Origin: Mycolicibacterium smegmatis
GTDB taxonomy: Bacteria > Actinomycetota > Actinomycetes > Mycobacteriales > Mycobacteriaceae
Assembly (NCBI RefSeq): GCF_001457595.1
Contig: NZ_LN831039.1
Location: 1,860,001 to 1,892,000, forward strand
Direction of reading: 5' to 3'
Length of the DNA: 32,000 nt
Below the pieces are notes generated by a model. The model ran no database searches, was not told where the DNA came from, and saw only the letters and a list, made by a program, of their open reading frames with translations. The number at the start of each line of letters is the position of its first letter. Within the stretch, counting starts at the first letter, position 1. Shown piece by piece: positions 26,456 to 32,000 of this stretch. Both the position numbers and the translations under genes were made by a program.

Positions 26456-27592
26456 GCCAGTGGCCGGGTGTCTGAGGGCTGGACTGGGATCGCGGCGTTT
26501 CACGCGCTGGTGGCAGCTCACTGTGAGGACTCTGAACAGGTGGTAGTCGGTATCGAGACCGACAACGGGTTGTGGGTGCAGGCCCTGCACGCGGTTGGCT
26601 ACCGGGTGTATGGGATCAATCCGCTGTCGGCCTCTCGGTACCGCGACCGTCACTGCGTGTCGGGGGCGAAGTCCGATGCCGGCGACGCCAAGATACTGGC
26701 CGACCTGGTACGCACCGACCGCCACAACCACCGCCAACTAGCCGATGACAGCAGCGCGGTCCACGCGATCAAGGTATTGGCCCGCACCCATCAGTCACTG
26801 GTGTGGGCACGCACCCGCCACAGCAATGCTTTACGGGCCGGGCTCAGCCAGTACTACCCGGCCGCACTCGCGGCGTTCCCCGACATCGACGGCCGCGACG
26901 CGTTGGCGGTGTTGCAACGCGCCCCCGATCCCTCCGCAGGCGCAACGTTGAGCCTGTCCAAGATCAGCTCTGCCCTCAAAGTCGCTGGACGCCAACGCAG
27001 CATCGATGCCCGCGCCCGAGAGATTCAGACTGCGCTGCGCAGCCCACAACTACATACCTCTGATCAGGTTGTAGCCGCACTGTCGGCAAGTACCACCGCC
27101 ACCGTGGCGGTTCTGCTTGTTCTCAACACCCAGATCAGCGAACTGCAAACACAGCTGACCGACCATTTTGAGACGCACCCGGACGCCGACATCTACCTCT
27201 CCCTACCAGGACTCGGTGTCATCCTCGGCGCCCGGGTGCTCGGTGAGTTCGGGGATGACCCGAACCGCTACACCGATGCCAAGTCTCGCAAAAACTACGC
27301 CGCCACGTCGCCGATCACCGTGGCCTCGGGCCGGCGACGAGCCGTGATAGCCCGCCACATCAAAAACCGGCACCTGGCCGATGCCATCGACATGTGGGCC
27401 TACTCCAGCCTGCGCGCCAGCCCCGGCGCCCGCACCTTCTACGACCAGCACCGCGCCGCTGGCGACACCCACCACCAAGCACTACGAGCACTAGGTAACC
27501 GATTCATCGGCATCCTCCACGGCTGCCTCCGCCACCACACCCACTACAACGAACACACCGCCTGGGCACACCGCACACCCAACGCCGCTTGA
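26456..27592 (+). pseudogene. IS110-family transposase, remainder (split gene, part 2)
   Basis: VVVGIETDNGLW, SGAKSDAGDAKILADLVRTD, LPGLGVILGARVLGEFGDDPNRY (helix-hairpin-helix region). In frame with 25276-25350 after excision of IS630. Confidence 0.85.
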
Positions 27593-27706
27593 CCGTTACA
27601 ACCTAGGGATGTCTCGCGGCTGGTGATTGTGCACAGACGCTGATTCATCCACAGACCACGCAAAAGGCGTCCGCCGCCGCAGCGCGTGGGCCAGACGATC
27701 ACTGGT

Positions 27707-28606
27707 ATGAACCCACAGCTGATGCGTCTGTTCGACGACCAACGGGGTGTGGCCACCAGTGGTCAGATCCTCGGTCTCATCACGCGATACGCGTTCGACC
27801 AGGCATTGAAAACCGGTGTACTGGAACGGATCTGGCCGGGAATCTATTGCCTCGGTGAGCCGACCGAGCCGTTGCTGCTGCGCGGCCTGGACCTGTCGGC
27901 GGGCACGAGGGTTGCGGCCTGCCTGACGACCGCCGCAGCGTTGCACGGATTCGACACCGAGGGCTCGACGGATCTGCACGTGCTCAACCCACCGCGGCAT
28001 CAACTTCGATCCGTCGACGGTCTCGTGGTTCACCGCCGTGAAGGCGCCCCGCTGACCGTCATCGACGTCGACGGGGATGTCCGATATGTCACCGCGCCGG
28101 CATGGACGGCGGTGGAGGTGGCTCGCGCGCTGCGTCGTCCGCGGGCGTTGGCGACGCTGGATGCGGCCCTGCGCAGCGGGAAGTGCACGCGCGCCGACGT
28201 GTGGCGCGCGGCGCTGGATCAGGCCGGGCGCCGCGGCATCGTGGCGGTGCGCAATCTCATCGCGCTGGCCGACCCGCGCGCGGAGTCCCCGATGGAGAGC
28301 GAGGCCCGCCTGATGATGCTCGACGCCGGCCTTCCGGTACCCGAGCTGCAGCACGAGGTGATCGACGGGATGGGCAAGCTGCGTCGTCTGGACTTCGCCT
28401 GGCCCGAGTGCCGCGTCGCCGTCGAGTACGACGGGGACGACTGGCACGGCAATCCGGATGCGTTGCGCAACGACCGGGTGCGTGCGGCGGCGCTTTCGGA
28501 CGTCGGCTGGCTCGTGATCGCGATCGTGTCCGAGGACGTTCGGCTGCGTCCGCAGGAGACGGTCGGGCGTATCGATCGGCAGTTGGGTCTCGCTCGCGCC
28601 GCGTGA
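27707..28606 (+). CDS. DUF559-type protein (Vsr/restriction-endonuclease-like fold C-terminal domain)
   Basis: N-terminus MNPQLMRLFDDQRGVATSGQ. C-terminus ESPMESEARLMMLDAGLP ... DFAWPECRVAVEYDGDDWHG, typical of the multi-copy actinobacterial DUF559 family. GTG 27686 is an alternative start. Confidence 0.75.
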   Translation: MNPQLMRLFDDQRGVATSGQILGLITRYAFDQALKTGVLERIWPGIYCLGEPTEPLLLRGLDLSAGTRVAACLTTAAALHGFDTEGSTDLHVLNPPRHQLRSVDGLVVHRREGAPLTVIDVDGDVRYVTAPAWTAVEVARALRRPRALATLDAALRSGKCTRADVWRAALDQAGRRGIVAVRNLIALADPRAESPMESEARLMMLDAGLPVPELQHEVIDGMGKLRRLDFAWPECRVAVEYDGDDWHGNPDALRNDRVRAAALSDVGWLVIAIVSEDVRLRPQETVGRIDRQLGLARAA

Positions 28607-28693
28607 GCGTGCGCGGACTGCTGGGGGTTGACGGCGTGGCGTGGGGCAGACGCGCACGCTCACGGTGCAGGGAGACCCCGAGCGCCAGAAAAG

Positions 28694-29161
28694 CTACGGG
28701 CCGATGTTGCGGGACGGGCGGGTCCGCAGGTCGTGGACATACTCCGGCGGTGCGCCCGCGATCTCGGCGGCGTCGGCCATGACGCCGATGTAGCGGGCCG
28801 AGGGCAGGCCGCCCTCCCACGCGTCGACGACATACAGCCAGGCCAGGACCGGGTCGGTGGTGGTGTCGGACGAGAGGCGGTCGACGCGGCAGCGGATCTT
28901 CTTGTGGATCCCCAACTCGGCGCCCTCCCAGCGGTCGAGGGCCTCCTCGTCTTCCTTGGTCATGTCGTAGAGCACGACGAACACCTTGGACAGCGGGTCC
29001 TCGACGACGGTGGCCAGCGCGCCTTCCCAGCCGATGTCCTCACCGCCGAAGGTCAGCCGCCACCCGTGCAGCCACCCGGTTCCCGCCATGGGCGAGTGGG
29101 GAGCGCGCTGGAGCATTTGCTCCGGATGCATGTTGGACCCATACGCGGCGTAAAGCGGCAC
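28694..29161 (-). CDS. Gamma-glutamylcyclotransferase-like (AIG2/GGCT fold) protein; Rv3304-like by position
   Basis: VPLYAAYGSNMHPEQM is the N-terminal YGSNM motif. GTG 29161 is preferred; GTG 29188 in the ORF track would leave only 14 nt to the divergent lpdA. Confidence 0.75.
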   Translation of the reverse strand: MPLYAAYGSNMHPEQMLQRAPHSPMAGTGWLHGWRLTFGGEDIGWEGALATVVEDPLSKVFVVLYDMTKEDEEALDRWEGAELGIHKKIRCRVDRLSSDTTTDPVLAWLYVVDAWEGGLPSARYIGVMADAAEIAGAPPEYVHDLRTRPSRNIGP

Positions 29162-29169
29162 GGTAAGAC

Positions 29170-29196
29170 AGCTTAGTGGGCATCGCACGTTAGGTT
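29170..29196. promoter_or_regulatory. Back-to-back -10 elements for divergent, probably leaderless transcripts (TAAGCT on the minus strand at 29170-29175; TAGGTT on the plus strand at 29191-29196)
   Basis: Each TANNNT hexamer ends 6-8 nt before the respective GTG start (29161 on minus, 29203 on plus). No Shine-Dalgarno precedes either start. Confidence 0.3.
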
Positions 29197-29202
29197 GGTG
29201 CA

Positions 29203-30618
29203 GTGGTTACCCGCATCGTGATCCTCGGCGGTGGCCCCGCCGGATATGAGGCGGCCTTGGTCGCCGCGGCCCGTGGACCGGAAGTCGCAGATGTCACCGT
29301 CGTCGACTGTGACGGCATCGGTGGCGCGTGCGTGCTGTGGGACTGCGTGCCGTCGAAGTCGTTCATCGCCGCGACGGGCGTGCGCACCGAGCTGCGGCGC
29401 GCACCCAGGCTGGGCTATTCGATCGATTTCGAGCAGGCCAAGGTCGGTCTGCCGCTGCTCAACGAGCGGGTCAAGGCGCTGGCCGCGGCGCAGTCGCGCG
29501 ATATCGCCGACCGGCTGCGCAGCGAGGGCATCACCCTGATCGCGGGCCGCGGTGAGCTGATCGACGACGTGCCCGGCATGGCCCACCACCGCATCAAGGT
29601 GACCGGGCACGACGGCACCGTGCAGCAGCTCACGGCCGATGTGGTGCTGATCGCCACGGGTGCGAGCCCTCGCGTGCTTCCCAACGCCGAGCCCGACGGT
29701 GAACGCATCCTGAACTGGCGCCAGCTCTACGACCTGGACACCCTGCCCGAACACCTCGTGGTCGTCGGCTCGGGTGTCACGGGCGCGGAGTTCGTCAACG
29801 CCTACACCGAGCTCGGCGTCGACGTGACCGTCGTGGCCAGCCGCGATCAGATCCTGCCGCACGAGGATTCCGACGCGGCCGCCGTGCTGGAGCAGGTGTT
29901 CGCCCAGCGCGGCGTGACGCTGGTCAAGAACGCGCGTGCCGAGTCGGTCACCCGCACCGGCGACGGGGTCCTGGTGACGATGACCGACGGCCGCACGGTC
30001 GACGGCAGCCACGCCCTGATGACGGTCGGTTCGGTGCCCAACACCTCGGGCCTGGGCCTGGAGCGTGTCGGCATCGAACTCGGCGCGGGTGGCTACCTGA
30101 CCGTGGACCGGGTCTCGCGCACCCAGGTGCCGGGTATCTACGCGGCGGGTGACTGCACGGGCCTGCTGCCGCTCGCGTCGGTCGCGGCGATGCAGGGACG
30201 CATCGCGATGTACCACGCGCTCGGGGAGGCCGTGGCGCCCATCCGGTTGCGCACGGTCGCCGCCGCGGTGTTCACGCGTCCGGAGATCGCGGCCGTGGGC
30301 GTGCCGCAGGCCAAGATCGACGACGGATCCGTGCCGGCCCGCACCCTGACGCTGCCGCTCGCGACCAACGCGCGCGCCAAGATGTCCAGCCTGACCCACG
30401 GTTTCGTGAAGATCTTCTGCCGCCCGGCCACGGGTGTGGTGATCGGCGGTGTGGTCGTGGCGCCGATCGCCTCGGAGCTGATCCTGCCGATCGCGCTGGC
30501 GGTGCAGAACGGCATCCCGGTGTCCGAACTCGCGCAGACGTTCTCGGTGTACCCGTCGCTGTCGGGCTCGATCACCGAGGCCGCGCGCCAGTTGATGCAG
30601 CACGACGACCTGGATTGA
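29203..30618 (+). CDS. lpdA: Flavoprotein disulfide-reductase family enzyme, LpdA-type (NAD(P)H quinone reductase / dihydrolipoamide-dehydrogenase-like)
   Basis: 471 aa. MVTRIVILGGGPAGYEAA (FAD), VVVGSGVTGAEF (NAD), GGACVLWDCVPSK, AAGDCTG. Very close to my recollection of M. tuberculosis Rv3303c, and followed by glpD2 as in that species. Confidence 0.85.
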   Translation: MVTRIVILGGGPAGYEAALVAAARGPEVADVTVVDCDGIGGACVLWDCVPSKSFIAATGVRTELRRAPRLGYSIDFEQAKVGLPLLNERVKALAAAQSRDIADRLRSEGITLIAGRGELIDDVPGMAHHRIKVTGHDGTVQQLTADVVLIATGASPRVLPNAEPDGERILNWRQLYDLDTLPEHLVVVGSGVTGAEFVNAYTELGVDVTVVASRDQILPHEDSDAAAVLEQVFAQRGVTLVKNARAESVTRTGDGVLVTMTDGRTVDGSHALMTVGSVPNTSGLGLERVGIELGAGGYLTVDRVSRTQVPGIYAAGDCTGLLPLASVAAMQGRIAMYHALGEAVAPIRLRTVAAAVFTRPEIAAVGVPQAKIDDGSVPARTLTLPLATNARAKMSSLTHGFVKIFCRPATGVVIGGVVVAPIASELILPIALAVQNGIPVSELAQTFSVYPSLSGSITEAARQLMQHDDLD

Positions 30619-30677
30619 TCAGGTTTGACCGGCCCGGCAACCGGCAAATCTGAGGCGTGCCACGTAGCCTGAGAACC

Positions 30678-32000
30678 GTGACTGTCCCGAAACCGGCTCC
30701 GGGCGACGGGCAAACCTTCCTGGGGCCACAGCAACGGGCGCAAGCCTGGGAGCAACTCGGCAATCAACAATTTGACGTCGTCGTCATCGGAGGCGGTGTG
30801 GTCGGCGCGGGCGCCGCCCTGGATGCCGCGACGCGCGGCTTGAAGGTCGCGCTGGTCGAGGCGCGTGATTTCGCCTCCGGTACCTCCAGCCGCAGCAGCA
30901 AGATGTTCCACGGCGGCCTGCGCTATCTCGAACAGTTGGAGTTCGGGCTGGTCCGTGAGGCGCTGCACGAACGTGAACTGTCGCTGACGACGCTGGCCCC
31001 ACATCTGGTGAAGCCCTTGCCTTTCCTGTTCCCGCTCACCAACCGGTGGTGGGAGCGGCCCTACGTGGCGGCGGGCATCTTCCTCTACGACCAGCTCGGC
31101 GGCGCGAAATCGGTTCCGGCGCAGAAGCATCTGACCAAGGCCGGTGCGTTGCGCCTGGCGCCCGGACTCAAGCGCAGCTCGCTGATCGGCGGAATCCGTT
31201 ACTACGACACCGTTGTCGACGACGCCAGGCACACCATGACCGTCGCGCGCACCGCGGCCCACTACGGTGCGGTGGTGCGCAGTTCGACGCAGGTGGTCGC
31301 GCTGCTGCGCGAGGGTGACCGGGTGACCGGCGTGCGGGTGCGTGACTCCGAGGACGGCTCGGTCACCGAGGTCAACGGCCACGTCGTGGTCAACGCGACG
31401 GGCGTGTGGACCGACGAGATCCAGGCGTTGTCCAAGCAGCGCGGCCGCTTCCGGGTGCGGGCCTCCAAGGGCGTGCACATCGTGGTGCCGCGCGACCGTA
31501 TCGTCAGCGAGGTCGCGATCATCCTGCGCACCGAGAAGTCGGTGCTGTTCGTGATCCCGTGGGGCACGCACTGGATCATCGGCACCACCGACACCGACTG
31601 GAATCTCGATCTCGCGCACCCGGCCGCGACGAAGGCCGACATCGACTACATCCTGGGCCACGTCAACACCGTGCTGGCGACACCGCTGACCCACGACGAC
31701 ATCGACGGCGTCTACGCGGGACTGCGGCCACTGCTGGCCGGTGAGAGCGAGGAAACCTCCAAACTGTCACGCGAACACGCCGTCGCGGTGCCCGCGCCCG
31801 GCCTGGTCGCGATCGCGGGCGGGAAATACACCACCTACCGCGTGATGGCCGCCGACGCGATCGACGCGGCCGCGGAGTTCGTGCCGACGCGCGTGGCACC
31901 GTCGATCACCGAGAAGGTTCCGCTGATGGGCGCCGACGGGTACTTCGCGCTGATCAACCAGACCGAGCATGTGGGACGGCAGTACGGCCTGCACCCGTAC
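30678..32000 (+). CDS. glpD2: FAD-dependent glycerol-3-phosphate dehydrogenase (3' end outside the window)
   Basis: Not in the ORF track because there is no stop within the window. I translated it from GTG 30678 (GTG 30657 is an alternative). FDVVVIGGGVVGAGAALDAATRG, SSRSSKMFHGGLRYLEQ, GGKYTTYR. Open to base 32000. Confidence 0.85.
   Translation, partial: MTVPKPAPGDGQTFLGPQQRAQAWEQLGNQQFDVVVIGGGVVGAGAALDAATRGLKVALVEARDFASGTSSRSSKMFHGGLRYLEQLEFGLVREALHERELSLTTLAPHLVKPLPFLFPLTNRWWERPYVAAGIFLYDQLGGAKSVPAQKHLTKAGALRLAPGLKRSSLIGGIRYYDTVVDDARHTMTVARTAAHYGAVVRSSTQVVALLREGDRVTGVRVRDSEDGSVTEVNGHVVVNATGVWTDEIQALSKQRGRFRVRASKGVHIVVPRDRIVSEVAIILRTEKSVLFVIPWGTHWIIGTTDTDWNLDLAHPAATKADIDYILGHVNTVLATPLTHDDIDGVYAGLRPLLAGESEETSKLSREHAVAVPAPGLVAIAGGKYTTYRVMAADAIDAAAEFVPTRVAPSITEKVPLMGADGYFALINQTEHVGRQYGLHPY

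Larger units (their letters stand above)
25180..27700 (+). mobile_element. IS110-family element (both boundaries approximate), disrupted by an IS630-family insertion
   Basis: The transposase N-terminus (25276-25350) and the remainder (26456-27592) join in frame once the IS630 element plus one TA is removed. IS110 elements lack obvious inverted repeats, so the ends cannot be fixed by eye. Confidence 0.7.

Noticed and set aside
25194-27704. 7-bp CACTGGT on both sides of the second IS110 element (25194-25200 and 27698-27704; also in the IS3-like left repeat at 23619-23625) as possible insertion junctions
   Set aside because: A 7-mer match between two windows of about 100 bp is expected by chance roughly once every one or two trials. 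The sequence beyond the 7-mer does not continue the IS3-like repeat. It is not enough to define the ends.
27596-28663. 355-aa minus-strand ORF opposite the DUF559 gene
   Set aside because: Arg-rich antisense shadow. The plus-strand frame carries the recognisable DUF559 C-terminal motif.
28603-28663. 13-bp inverted repeat GTGAGCGTGCGCG / CGCGCACGCTCAC between the convergent DUF559 and GGCT-like genes as a terminator
   Set aside because: The 35-nt loop and the lack of a U-tract make it a weak intrinsic-terminator candidate. It may still form, but I cannot support a call.
29173-31694. 476-aa and 518-aa minus-strand ORFs opposite lpdA and glpD2
   Set aside because: Antisense shadows of two strongly conserved flavoenzymes, with His/Arg/Asp/Gly-rich low-complexity translations.

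Overview
High-GC actinobacterial chromosome. Gene content and order point to a fast-growing Mycobacterium/Mycolicibacterium (M. smegmatis-like). All calls were made by eye from the ORF translations, motifs and repeats; no database search or RNA folding was possible.

Layout:
(i) 1-2359: two tandem M20 amidohydrolases.
(ii) 2360-17183: an L-arabinose utilisation locus. It holds a ChvE/GguAB-type sugar ABC importer (+). A convergent minus-strand operon encodes a YtfQRT-YjfF-type (furanose-type) ABC importer, a LacI/AraR-type repressor and a HAD phosphatase. araB-araD-araA follow on the + strand. Four copies of a 16-bp operator (consensus ATGTTAACGCTCACAT) sit only in the two promoter regions.
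(iii) about 17190-27700: an insertion-sequence graveyard. It contains the 5' fragment of an IS110-family element and an IS3-family element with a nested IS30-family element. These are followed by a truncated Pro/Gly/Tyr-rich membrane-protein gene and three small orphan genes. Next come a second IS3-like element with a perfect 29-bp tandem duplication at its orfA/orfB junction, and a second IS110-family element split by an IS630-family element.
(iv) 27707-32000: a DUF559-type protein, a GGCT-like protein, lpdA and glpD2 (3' end outside the window).

No rRNA, tRNA or CRISPR array was seen.

I found no clear-cut novel multi-gene system. The best candidates for follow-up are the IS-bounded orphan gene islet (20.7-23.6 kb), the IS110 non-coding leader as a possible guide (bridge) RNA, the duplicated stop-start junction in the IS3-like element, and the AraR operator/promoter architecture.
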